63,763 nt of DNA, filler included, from Octopus bimaculoides (GCF_001194135.2; 7 parts of 5 records of this genome joined end to end with filler, not necessarily neighbours in it); one strand, 5' to 3'. Shown: positions 39,169 to 51,797, numbered from the whole stretch's first letter. The notes: generated by a model from the sequence alone, not told the origin. A program made the numbers and translations.

Positions 39169-39289
39169 GTATATATATATATATATATACTTAAAATACT
39201 TAAAAAAGTTTCGCCCAGGATCTGCCCAGGCCATATATCTAACTTAGCATCTCCTGGAAAAGACATTTAATGATGCTTCGTATTACTGT

Positions 39290-40270
39290 CATTCTTTGAT
39301 CATCATAGACTATTTGAGTAAAGAGGTTATTGTTTGCAGAGATATATCCGGGTGTAGTTGGTTTATCTGGAATTCGTTGGGAATATTTCTCCAGGAACCT
39401 TTTGAATGTTAAAATCCTATACCATTCAAACGGTTTCTGGCTGTTTTTCTTATGTGTTTTGACATGACGGTAAAGCGAGCAGGGCCAGTTGAGGTGAAAT
39501 AGTTCTGTTTTAGTGTTGTGGTGTGACGCGAGGATGGTTTTTGTAGAGGACGGATGGTTTGGGTGAATTTTAAAGTTGATGCCATCAACATTTAGGCAGT
39601 GTTGTTGGAATATTTTCCACCTCGTGCAAATGACAGTGCTCACGGCAGTGTTGGAGGGCAGCGTAGAAGTTTGAGTTTTTCGAGACGATCTCACTAATCA
39701 AAACCTGTCATATCTATTTTTATGTCGTCTATTTTCCTAGTGATCAATTTCTGGGATGCTTCAATTTTTGTATTTTGTTTGGTGCAGAGAGACCGCAACA
39801 GACAACATTATTCAAGGTGAGACCGGGCGAAGGCGGAGAAGGAAGGATAATGGTTGGAGCCTCTGTTGACCGAAATTTCCTGAGGAACCAGGAGCACATC
39901 CTGCAGTCTATGTCGAATTTCTTGTCCAAGTGGGCATTCCAGCCTAAGTTGTTGTCGACAGTTACTCCGAAGTTCTTAGCGATGTTTGATGCATCGAGGT
40001 TTTCGCCCGAAGGAAGAGTGTACGATAGCTTAAGTGCAGCCGATTTACCAAAGTGAATTGATTCTAATTTATTCTCGTTTAACCGCACATTATGCTTTTC
40101 CACCCATCGGATAACAGCGAGCAGATCCTATTGGAGATTAGTCCGGTTCCATGTCCTGTCGATGATCATCAGAAGCTTAAAGTTATCCACGAAAATTCTA
40201 ATGTTGTTGTGTTTGATGATGTCAACGATGTCATTAAAATAAATAATGATAAGGAGGGGGCCAGCATTCC
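39290..40270 (-). mobile_element. CR1-like LINE 3' RT fragment
   Basis: N.RLNENK..Y.LPSGE.L..AKNFGVTVDNNLGWNAH..WFLRKFRS (RT thumb) followed by frameshifted C-terminal sequence. Confidence 0.7.
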
Positions 40271-40681
40271 ATCCTTCCACCCATCCGACCGTCTTCTGTC
40301 AGTTTCACTCAACCATATTCACTCACAAAGCTTCAGTGGGTTCCGGACCTATAGTAGAAGCTCCGGCCCACTGAAGCTTCTTACCACGTATCCACGCCTG
40401 CGCCTGATGGTAGCTAATTTTCTCCTCTCACAATTCCGGCTGCGGTCATGTTGGGGTACCACTCTGAAAGGTTTGACGAACAAATCGATCCCAGTACTTT
40501 AGTTTTTAAAACCTGGTACTTATTTCACAGGGTTATTTTTGCTGAACCGCTAAGTTATGGGGATGTAAGCAAACTATCAACAATTGTAGAAGACAAACAC
40601 ACACAGATATATATATATATGTCGCCATGATAGATCGCTGACCACTACATTTATTTTTTTTCTCTCCTTGTTTTTCTTATT

Positions 40682-40718
40682 TCTTTCTGTTGAAGAGCGT
40701 AGCTCGAAACGTTAAAGA
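40682..40718 (+). ncRNA. Minimal type I hammerhead ribozyme motif (core variant CUGUUGA)
   Basis: Stem I TCTTT/AAAGA, core CTGTTGA-A, stem II GAGC-gta-GCTC, GAA, palindromic stem III ACGT, cleavage triplet GUU. Confidence 0.6.
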
Positions 40719-41705
40719 CTTTCTCTATTCCCAAGCGTTAAACTAATACATCCCTTTGTTGTTTNNNNNNNNNNTATATATATACGACGGATTTCTTCCA
40801 GTTTCCATCTAGCAAATCTATTCACAAGATTTAGGTCGGCTGGGGGTTTTAGAGAATGACAGTTGCCCAAGGGGCCACTCAGTGGGAATGAACCTGAAAC
40901 CACATGGTTGGGAAGCGAACTTCTTACTACATAATCAAGCCTGTACCTACGTAATTCGTGTTTTGCGTTTTGTTTAGTTTTGTAATATGTTGCGTTCTGT
41001 CAACTAGCGTGATTTGCAGTGAATATATATTCATGTTGTAGAGAATTGTTAGTATTTCAGAAATTTTTGTGTTGCTGTAACGAAATAATTTAAATTACAT
41101 AGAATTGTCATTGACATAGAGGCAGGTAAATACCAGATAAAATTGTAAATAATGTCAGGAAGAATGCGAAATTGAAAATAACATATAACATGGGTTTTTT
41201 AATAATAGTTTCAAATTTTGGCCCAAGGCAAACAATTTTGAGGAACGGGGTAAGTCAGTTATATCGATCTCAGTACTTGACTGGTACTTTTTTTATTAAC
41301 ACAGAAGAGATGAAAGCAAAGTCGACCTCGGCGGAATTTGAACTCAGAACGTAAAGAGCCGAAAGAAATGCCGTTAATCATTTTGTCCGACATGCAAATG
41401 AGTCTGCCAGTTCACCGCCTTTTTATACTTTTAGTTTCCCTTTCTTTAAAGGCGGAAAGCTGGCGGAAGCGTTATCAGCCGGGTAAAAATGCTTATGTGG
41501 TGCTCCAGCATGGCCGCAGTAAAATGACTGAAACAAGTGAAAGAGTAACAAAGATTCAAAATATTCATTTTTTCAATTTCCATGTTTATCATTTTTTTTT
41601 CCGTTTTCATGTTTCTTAATTTCTTTCAGTTTTGTAGGATTTATTATAAAAATATCATCGGATTCAAAATGATGTTTCATCTTTTAACTTTCTGTTTACT
41701 CTATA

Positions 41706-42076
41706 CTCTTTTACTTGTTTCAGTCATTTGACTGCGGCTATGCTGGAACACCGCATTTAGTCGAGTAAATCGACCCCAGGACTTATTCTTTGTAAGCCTA
41801 GTACTTATTCTATTGGCTACTTTTGCCGAACCGCTAAGTTACGGGGACGTAAACACACCACCATCGGTTGTCAAGCGATGTTGGGGGGACAAACACAGAC
41901 ACACAAACATATACACACACATATATACATATATATACGACGGGCTTCTTTCAGTTTCTGTCTACCAAATTCACTCACAAGGCTTTGGTCGGCCTGAAGC
42001 TATAGTAGAAGACACTTGCCCAAGGTGCCACGCAGTGGGAATGAACCCGGAACCATGTGGTTGGTAAGCAAGCTAC
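41706..42076 (-). mobile_element. SINE family B, near full length. Other copies: 18655-18880(+), 23460-23600(+), 40440-40945(-, interrupted), 43349-43700(+), 55620-55750(-)
   Basis: Head gtagcttgcttaccaaccacatggttccgggttcattcccactgcgtggcaccttgggcaagtgtcttc (CORE-like ccttgggcaagt), internal (TA/CA)n, tail cagcatagccgcagtcaaatgactgaaacaagtaaaagag. Confidence 0.85.
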
Positions 42077-42484
42077 TTTATTTCATAAATATTTGTCATA
42101 AAGGCATTACAAAGAGGGGACGAACAAGGACAGACAAACATAAAAGGGGTGAAGTAGCTGTATCGATTAAATATTTACAGTTTTAAATATACAATAATAA
42201 TTTGATTATATTTACAATGTTCGATTAAAGCATTGCTCATTACAGATGCAATTTGTAATGGTTTTCCTGAAGGATAGGCATCCGACCACCAGGGTAGAGC
42301 CCACTTACCACACAGCCATTCCATTTTATTCATTTTTTGTTTTTTGTTTTATTGAGGGTTAAACAATTTCTTTTAGTTGAAGGTGATAACCAAAAGTACT
42401 GATATTGCTCGTAAAACGAGGCGGGGGGGTAACCCGATTTTTTAATGGGGGTGAGATAACCAAAAAGTACCGATAAATATATAC

Positions 42485-42511
42485 GTAGGTAGGTAGGTAG
42501 GTAGGTAAGTT

Positions 42512-42548
<37 letters not shown>

Positions 42549-42581
42549 GCAGGTAGATAAGTTGGTAGGTAGGTGGGTAGG

Positions 42582-42620
<39 letters not shown>

Positions 42621-42665
42621 GAAAGAAAGAGACGAATAAAGGAAGGAAAAGAAAGAAAGAAGGAA
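42485..42665. repeat. Compound microsatellite (GGTA/GACA/GATA/GAAA)
   Basis: Directly visible. Other simple repeats: (GT)n 9952-10018, (CA)n/(GATA)n 11511-11615, (ATT)n 51736-51812, (ATATT/ATATC)n 52978-53050. Confidence 0.95.
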
Positions 42666-45097
42666 GGAAAGTGATGGGGTAAAGATAAACAAAGAGAGAA
42701 AGGGAGAGATCATGAACAGTAATGAGGCGTTGGAGAAAGCATTTTACTCAAAAGAGATGATCAAAGGTCAGTAAGTACGGCCTACTTACTGGCCTTTGGT
42801 TTGGTCAAAGGCCGAAGATAGATAGACAGACAGACAGATAGAGAAGTAAGAAAAGATGAACAAGGGAGGGGGAGAAAGAAAAACAGAAAGAGAAAACAAG
42901 AGATCATGAACAATAATGATGTGATGGAGAAAGCATTTTACTCAAAAGAGATGACGAAAGGTCAGTAAGTCGGCCGAAGTTTGATCAAAAACTTAAGCAC
43001 GGACAAAGAGTGAGGAGTTCGCTTCGGGAAGTGTTACAGAAGCATGTCAGTGCAATAAGTTCTTGAGTATGAATGGGTTAAAGCTACGTATGACCACACC
43101 TTCTCTGTTTTTGGCGAGATGGGAGTGGTTATAAATAGCTTGAATAGTTAATGATTGATCTCAAGCTTGCGGTGAAAGGAGGTAAAAACAACAAAAAAGA
43201 AGAAAAAGCTCCTATTGCGTTAAACGTTTACCTGTGTCCACTCCCATTTACGCCAACGCACCAAATATCTTTCATTACGTCAGCCTTCTGATATTCCTTG
43301 GGAACCTTTGCTGACTCGAAATATAATTGATTCTCGAAATATAATTGATTCCGGGTTCAGTCCCACTGCGTGGTACCTTGGACAAGTGTCTCCTACTATA
43401 GTCTCGAACCGAACAAAGAGTTGTGAGTGGATTTAGTAGAAACTGAAAGAAACCTGTCGCATATATGTGTGTATGTGTGTGTGTGTGTCCGTGTTATTTG
43501 TCCCCCCTCCCACCGCTTGGTAATCGGTGTTGGTTTGTTTACATCCCGTAACTTAGGAGTTCTGTAAAAGAGGCCGATAGAATAAGTACCTGGCTTAAAA
43601 TAAAGTATCGGGGTCGATTCGTTCGACTAAAATCCTTCAAGGCGGTGCTTCAGCATAGCCGCAGTCTAATGATAGAAACACGTACATGGTAAAAAATAAA
43701 AATCTACATCATCAAAATCACGAAGTTCCACAATAATGCTTGGTAAATTCAAAGCAATATGAATACGTAAGCATTACATTTGACAGAGTCTTCTGAATGG
43801 TAAAGGTTTGGATCCGGCGGTGGGGAATGAGTAACCGGAACAAAATTAGTAACTTCTGATTTCTTGTTATTTTCTCCCTGCCTGTTTGAAACTCACATTG
43901 CAAGTATTGCATCACCATTTTGTACTGTTGCATCATATTTAAGAGAAAAACTGGTCGGGGCATAGGTGTTGTTGAAATTAAGGGAGTCCGAAGCATAGTC
44001 AGGTGGCAGGTCCTCTTTTTTTTCAAGAAATTTTCCCTCAATTTTTACCCTATTGTAATTAAGGTTGCTAGTAAAATACACGGATAATTTTTGGTGTTTA
44101 ATAATATTCTTTTCACTGTTGGATTCCAAGTCAATTTTTTCCCACACTAATGTCTAATTCGATAACTTTCAAATTTCAAACAAAACAAAATTATGTCTAA
44201 AATGGTGTAGAATGAGTTTTGTTGTGTTTAAAACTGCTTCAAAGAGTTATGTTGTATATTTAGCCCGGAGACAAGACAGGCTTGAAGTAAGGACAGTACA
44301 TCAATGGTAAAGTCACATATGGCAACAAAAGGATTCTGTCAAGCCACACCAACATAGTGACCAAACGATTAATCAAGCAAATGGTTAGTTGATTGATTAA
44401 CAAGAAGGAATAATAGCAAAAATTGTTTCAGATTTTAGGGAATGGAGATAGTCTTATCTCAGTATTTAACTGGTACTTACTTTATCGATTCCAAAATGAT
44501 GAAAGATAAAAGTCCACCCTGCCCGCATTTGAACTCAGAACGTAAAATCGGAAGAAATGCCGCTAAGGATTTTTTTTTTTTCCAGCGCGGTTTCGATTCT
44601 GTTTGCTCGCCGCCTACCAAGAGCTAAAATATCAACGGCCTGAACGAATAAGTGTCGAAATTGCTACAAACGCAAATATGTCGGGCGTCAAATCTGAGTC
44701 TATCGGATCACATCTGATTGCCAGAAATATTCGGTAGAGAAAGAACAAACCACATTTATAGTCCTCACAACCAGTGGAGCCAATGAGTTGAAAAAAAAAA
44801 AACCCCTTCTCTACAACTCTTTGCAAGGCAAGTGTTTTTCGCAAATTAGATGGCAAATGGTGGATCTATTTTAGGTACTGAAAAACCCCTTCGGTCGAAA
44901 TCCTGGCTACACCCGTGTTTCTTTCAATAAACGTAATTGTCATATACGTATATCAATAAATTCTTGTGAAATTGTGTTGAAACAGATATTGTTATATTTT
45001 TTTGTGGGGGGGGGGTATTCATTTTTTTAATTCTTTTTTTTTTCCAAATAAACACATGCACTATGTTGTTCGTTCTTCACTTTAATTTTGTTTGACC

Positions 45098-45135
<38 letters not shown>

Positions 45136-45766
45136 TTAACGTCCGCTGGGATGATGATGATGGTGGTGATGGTGGTGACGAGGATGAACAAAAACAAAAT
45201 AATCTAAAGTGAAGAACAAATATATGGTCGTGTGTATATTTTCATTCTTCATTGTATATCAATAAACGTATACGTGTAAGACAGCCAAATCAAAATACAT
45301 TAACTTTTCAGACACTCCTTCATTCATATACATTTAACTTTTGCAAGTAAACCCACCCCAAAACTGTACCAACGTGACAAAATGTACGTAAATAAAACAA
45401 TTATATATGCGCGTAGCTGACGAAGAGCCAACTAGCTCGAAACTGGACCAGTTGCTATTAGTTAATGGGGTATTAGTAGGGGTTCGCTCCCCCTCCTAGC
45501 AATGTATTGTATATAAAGAATGCAGATCATGCATTGAAAACCAGCTGGCGGAGAATCAGCCTGGGGTTAAACTAGTAGTAACATTCGCCTGCTACTTCGA
45601 TGTGGAAATTTGTTTACGCATATATAACTCTCTCTCTCTCTCTCTCTCTCTCTTTATATATATATANNNNNNNNNNNNNNNNNNNNNNNNNNNNNNNNNN
45701 NNNNNNNNNNTTAATTAATTAANNNNNNNNNNNNNNNNNNNNNNNNNNNNNNNNNNNNNNNNNNNN

Positions 45767-46360
45767 AAACTCTTCGTTCTCCCCGCTCCTTGCAAAAAAT
45801 TTTGCCAACAAATTTCTTTGTAATCGTAATCTATACCATTTGAAAGGTATTTGTATAAAATTTCATTAAAAAATACCCTTTTTCCTGAAAGTTATTTTAG
45901 GGAAAATGTCGGGTCGTGTAAATTTTCCGAAACACCTCTCCCCGACCCCTAAGGAAAATTTTTGGCGACGAATCTATGCATACACTAAATCTACTGGATC
46001 TAAGTGGCTATTTATTGAAAGTTAAAAAGTATCCATTTTTCAGGAAGTTATGAGGCAACAAAGTTAGTGGCGGGTACACTTCTGTAGTTATGCCACAAAC
46101 AAACCATAGCGTCAAGTTCTCTGCAGTTTAGCTCAAGTTTGATAAAGTGAAAGTGACCCATTAAATATAACAGTTATTAAGCTTACAGGCATCAGTAATT
46201 ACGATACTGATTTCCTATTCTGTTTAAGTCCACAACTTCATGTTACACGATACTTACAAAGGAATCAAATAAAAAAAATAATATTGGTTGTTCTAAAGAA
46301 ATTGAAAGAGAGGAAGAGAAAGAGAGTGCGTTTTGAAAGGTTAGAAAAGTGATTGAATGT

Positions 46361-46396
<36 letters not shown>

Positions 46397-48055
46397 ATGC
46401 AAGAAAATAAGAGATGCATGGGCAGAATCACACGTTAAAATACAGAAAAGGGTGTCACCTAGAAAGTAAAATATAAGTTATTTAACTCGGTTCCTACAAA
46501 TTCAGTACGCACCAGATCCACTTAGATGCAAGTGGTGGTGGTGGCGGTGGTGTTGTTGTTATTGTTTTCTTTTTTAAGTACTAAAAGTTGACAAAAACAT
46601 TCGGAAACGGTACAGGATGTTATACGTTTGAATTACGTAAAAGAGAGTGTAAAAAAGAAGTAAAACAAGAGAAGCAAAGCAAAATATCAATGCGCAATTC
46701 GAACAAGGAATTATTTCTTAACCAAATTAAAGTAAAGTTAATAGCAAGTTTAACCAGGGTGTGTTCGAACCCCTTAAGGGTTCGAGAGAGGCCTTTCAGT
46801 GGGTGAGGCAAAGAAGCAATTAGTAGCTTTCCAGAATAAAATTAAATTTCTCTTTAAAATAATTTTGTGATGTTAAGCATACCAAGAACTTTATCATTCC
46901 CCAGTATTCTGTGATTCGATTAAAAACATATGTAAGTGAATAAGTAAACAGAAAATTGACTCTTCCTTTTCAAATGTGATGTTTGTTGTTAAGGGTGTAC
47001 GAGTTCTATAAGATTTTTGTATAAATGCGGGGCACAGAGACAATGATGGGAATCATAGCTCTCTGTAATCGTTCGATCTGGTAGAAATAGTTGCTAAATT
47101 TCCCTTAAATTACATCTCATAGGCTTTAAAAGAAGGACACGTGGCGTTACATAACGCAGTTTTACATGCCGCTAAAATTCAAAAGAAAAAAGACAAGATG
47201 GTTACAGTTAAGATAACTTAGGTCGTAGGACAAACTCGATCAATGCAAACCTGGAGTTAAACAACTGATGGCTTGGAATGTTGCAAATGACGGAATCGGA
47301 ACAAAGACAAATTTTTGTGAAAATTCGTAAAAGTTTTAAAAAGTTTTTGAGGGATTTTAGTACGAGCTTAGATCAGAACTCCACCAAATGTATTTATGAG
47401 GAAAAAATATTGAAAAACATCAATAGATGTGAGAGTGAGAAAGAAACGAGGTGGGAGGTCTTGGGATGTGCTAGAAATAACAACCAGATCTCTCTTAAAT
47501 CACACATTTTCCTTTGAAAATATTAACAATTATTTTTTAACCGAAAATGTTTCTCCCATAGGTTTTAAGAGCATAAAAAAAAAGAAGGCCAAAATCGGTC
47601 CGGACTGGGGAAGTGAAGGGGTAGCGGGAGTGAAAAAACATCATTGATTTTCAAAATTTTTCTTTTTCGTGAAAAGATGCCTCCCATCATTTGAAAGACT
47701 GAGGTGAGGGAAAAAATTGGAAAAAAACAAAAAAAAAACGTCAAAACAGAGATATTCCAACTTATGTGAGCCTTTTAATCCGAAACTCCATTTTTCAGAA
47801 ACTCTTCCTCACACCCCCCTTGCAAAGAATTTTGCTACCAAATTGAGATGAAAAATGTCAGGTCGAGTGAATTTTCCGAAACTCCCCAACCCCTCAGAAA
47901 AATTTTTGGCCACAAATCTTTATATACAATCAATCTACAGAATCTAAATGGTTATTTGTTGGAAGTTTCATTGAAAAGTATCCATTTTTCTGGAAGTTAT
48001 GAAGCAACAAAGTCGGTTGGGGGTACACATTTGTAGTTATGCCGTGTTTGTTACA
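45767..48055 (+). repeat. Two copies (45767-46095 and ~47480-48055) of an unclassified dispersed repeat with internal subrepeats
   Basis: Shared aaactcttc..ccttgcaaa.aattttgc..aaaatgtc.ggtcg.gt.aattttccgaaac..aaaagtatccattttt..ggaagttatga.gcaacaaag..gggtacac.t.tgtagttatgcc. Possibly a non-autonomous Helitron-like family (unproven). Confidence 0.6.
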
Positions 48056-48373
48056 CAATATATTTTGGGAAGTAATTAAGAATTTTGTTGTGTTGCTAAA
48101 TTTTTTTTCTGTCATTGATATTTAATCAATTTCATTTTTTTAGCCTTTTTAACCCAATAGTTTAAATGCTATTATTTATAACTTTATCATGTTTTACCGT
48201 ATATAAGTTATATGTACGGTTTTCGTCTATATTTTAAGTACATATGTGTCAATTTCTATCTCAATTTACAGTCATTTTTTGTAATTTTTTTGAACAATTT
48301 ACTTTCACTTTTTCATGACGATAAACTAGCCAATAGAAGTGCTGCCAGTTGAAAGCTTTGCATTGTGGACTCA

Positions 48374-49695
48374 CTAGATTTACCTGCCATGACCCATTGG
48401 GTTACAACACTCCAAGTTGAAAATGTAGATTTGCAGCATGAAAGGAAAAAGTAGTATTTTGAACTTCATGCAATAAAATTCTTAACTAATACAGTTCTCC
48501 TACCTTTGGTGTTACAACATAAACACGACCTAGTGTTTCTTCTTTGAAAACGCTCAAATGGCCTTCAACTTTTTTCCTTGCTTTGCCGTTCTTTGTTACT
48601 ATTGTTCCAAGTAAAATACATGGGTACTGCAGTATAAAGTAATGTTTCGCAAAATCATCATTGATGTACAGTGAAAAGAAGTTTGTCAGTGTTGTTCTCA
48701 TGTGCCATTCATTGACAGCCATATATATCTTCATTATTTCTGAGCAATATAAGGCTGTGAGCTGGAAGAATCGTTGACATGCTGGGCAGAATGCTTAACA
48801 GCATTTTGCCCGTCTTCATGTTCTGAGTTCAAATTCCACCAGGGTTGATTTTGCCTTTCATCCTTTTGGGGTTGATAAATTAAGTACCAGTGAAACATTG
48901 GGGTCGATGTAATCGACTAGTCCCCTCTCATAAAATTTAATGTCCTTCCTTGTGCCTTCAGTAGAAAGGATTATTTCTGAGCAATATTCTTTGTTCGTCC
49001 GGTAGATGAACTTGCAGTCTCCATATTGCATGTCCTCTTTCATAAATTGAAAATCCTAAAATGGATGCAGCTGCTTCACATGGGCCAATATACCTAACCA
49101 TTGGATATCGACTAATTTTGTTATCATTTTTTATTTGAACAACAGCTTGGTCATTTCCTTTCAGTGTGTTCTTGATGACATACTTAATTCACCTCACTGA
49201 GGCAACAATTTCAATGTTGCAGTGGCATTTGAATGCTCTTAAAAGTGTTTCATTATAAGGTACAACCCATTTGTTGTTGTTTGTTTTTCCAGTCTTATGA
49301 GATTCAACTCCTCCCATTGCAACTGATAGTCTCTCTGTTTTTTTTTTTCGTTTTTTGATTAAGACAATAAAGACTAATATCATATTTTAAATAAAATAGT
49401 AATTTTTCTCTTTAAGAAAAAGTCAAGTATCCGTGATTCAAGAAATATCTCATAAAAATATAGGAAGAATTTTTTTCAGTACATTCAAAAATTGTTTAAT
49501 AGATTTAAAGGAAGAAAAAAGAAAGTAAGAAAAAAAAAAAAAAGGATGGACGGCAGTAGCAGCAATGACTCTTTGAAGTGTCAACATTTTCAACTTGGTT
49601 TTGTTTTTCTTAAAGGGGGAAATGACTGTTTTATTTGTAATCTTTATCATCTAAATGAAATGACAGGAAAACTTTGAGTTTTAGTATAATATAGA
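48374..49695 (-). mobile_element. Non-autonomous Helitron, copy 2, with both termini
   Basis: Minus strand A|TC start at 49695 and ..aaatCTAG|T end at 48374, i.e. insertion in an AT dinucleotide. Rep fragment KWVVPYNETLLRAFKCHCNIEIVASV. Colinear with copy 1. Confidence 0.88.
48751..48969 (+). mobile_element. SINE family A inserted in Helitron copy 2
   Basis: 18-bp TSD ATTATTTCTGAGCAATAT (48733-48750, 48970-48987). The empty site is visible in copy 1 near 37743. Confidence 0.9.
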
Positions 49696-50659
49696 TTGTT
49701 ATATTCATTTTCCATGGCTGGATCTTTTCTGTTAAGCTTCACTTTTTGAAATTTTGAAATGAAGTGAAAATTTTCAAATTTGATATATTGGTGTAAATTT
49801 GTAATAATGGAAGTTTTATTGAATAAATTCATGCAAAATGTTGGAACAGGCATGTAATGCAAAAAATTACCAAAAGAAAACAGGAAAAGAAACTTAATGT
49901 TGAATTACAAAAAAAAACAAAAAAACTAACTGACCATTTAATTACAAGGAAAACAAAAATCCTGTAGTTCAGTCTATGTAAACATTATATCTCTTGTAGC
50001 GAGAACAGTAAATTTACAAAAGTACAAACTGAAGTTCAGTTCAGGTAATAACTGAATCGCTGGAAAAGCAACCGAATCTCCTCTCAATGAAGACTCTAAT
50101 GTCATAAAATGAAGATGACCATACTAGATTATGGTAGCCCTAGATAACTCTAAAACTATCGGACATTCAGCATTAGATACTGTATGCAACTAGCTACAGG
50201 CAAATAACAAAGTGTATTATAATCGAACTAAGTAAAACTGAGTTTAATGAGTAGAGTACTTTTGAAAAGTCACCTGACGTAACATATCAGCACTGAAGGA
50301 TGCACCGCAATCAGTTGTCCAGAATCTCATTCACGAGGGACCAATGCAAGATGAGTTGAAATAATCATTCCAATTAATAAAGAATCTTAGGAATTCCATT
50401 TTCTCTTTCATTTGTCATCTACTTGATGGGCACTGAGGAATTCCTTAAGTGAATCCAGTGGCAGGTATATGTATATGGTTGATGACATCTGGTAGCTGGA
50501 GTCCATGCTTATACTTTAATTAGTATACTACCAGCTATATATATATATATATATATATATNNNNNNNNNNNNNNNNNNNNNNNNNNNNNNNNNNNNNNNN
50601 NNNNTTAATTAATTAANNNNNNNNNNNNNNNNNNNNNNNNNNNNNNNNNNNNNNNNNNN

Positions 50660-51734
50660 NGGAAAAAAGAGTACTCAAATACCAGAGGTAGAGTGATATG
50701 CTTTATTTAAAAGCAGCAGAAATATAAAAAAAACTGTTACTCGGAGTTTCACGTTCTCGTTCATCGGACAGTTTTGTTGGAAATTTCTAACAAAACTGAC
50801 AGTTTTGTTTTAAATAAAGTATATATATATATATATATCCAAAATTTTAAATTTAAAAGAGAGCTTTGACGCTGATATCCATTATTATTGAAATTTATTC
50901 CTATGTCAACATTTCTGTATAAGGCTATATTTAACTGTTAAATTCAAGTCAAGCATATGAATTACCTTATACATCTTCAGGCAAAAAGGTAAAGAACAAA
51001 AGGTAAACACCAAATCATCGTCTCTAAGTCCAGTCCATATTCAAATTTCTCCTTAAATAACTCGTTAAATAAATTCCTTCTTAAATAAAGGTCCGTTAAA
51101 GGGAGAAACCCCTCATAATATTATTAATAAATTATAAACAATCACATATTACAATGGAAATCTATATTATATTATCTCTAGAAGCTTTAGCAAAAGACAC
51201 AACTGCTATTGGTAAATTATACATTGATATGGCCTGCCTTAAGACCTAATATTATACTATAATATACTATAAAACCCGGTCATACTGCAATTTATAATTC
51301 ATTTAAACCAGAGAAACGTGTGTCTTGGAAAATGTGTACATCTTAGAGCATTATTTGTTAGTTTATTTATCAACTTACCCTTAGAGAATAATATAAAATA
51401 TAGTTCTAAATTACATAACGAACAATATCTCCTACCTTTGTCATACGGGAAAGACCTCCCGATATCGACCATTCTAACGAATATTGCTTTTTTGTTCTTT
51501 CAGTTCCCAAATGAATTTACTAAGACTAGTGCTTGCTATTTTACTTCTATCTCTAATGGTACTATAATGATTAGATAATCTTTTACAGATTTGTCCCGAA
51601 GTACACTCCAGGTATCGGCTAACGTCTGTCTGAGTCCTTACCTTACATTGATAAACTACATTTCTAACTCTCGCATTAGGGCCTTCGAACTTCAATCTTC
51701 TGGGGTTGACCTCTGTTACTGTAATCATATTCCG

Positions 51735-51797
<63 letters not shown>

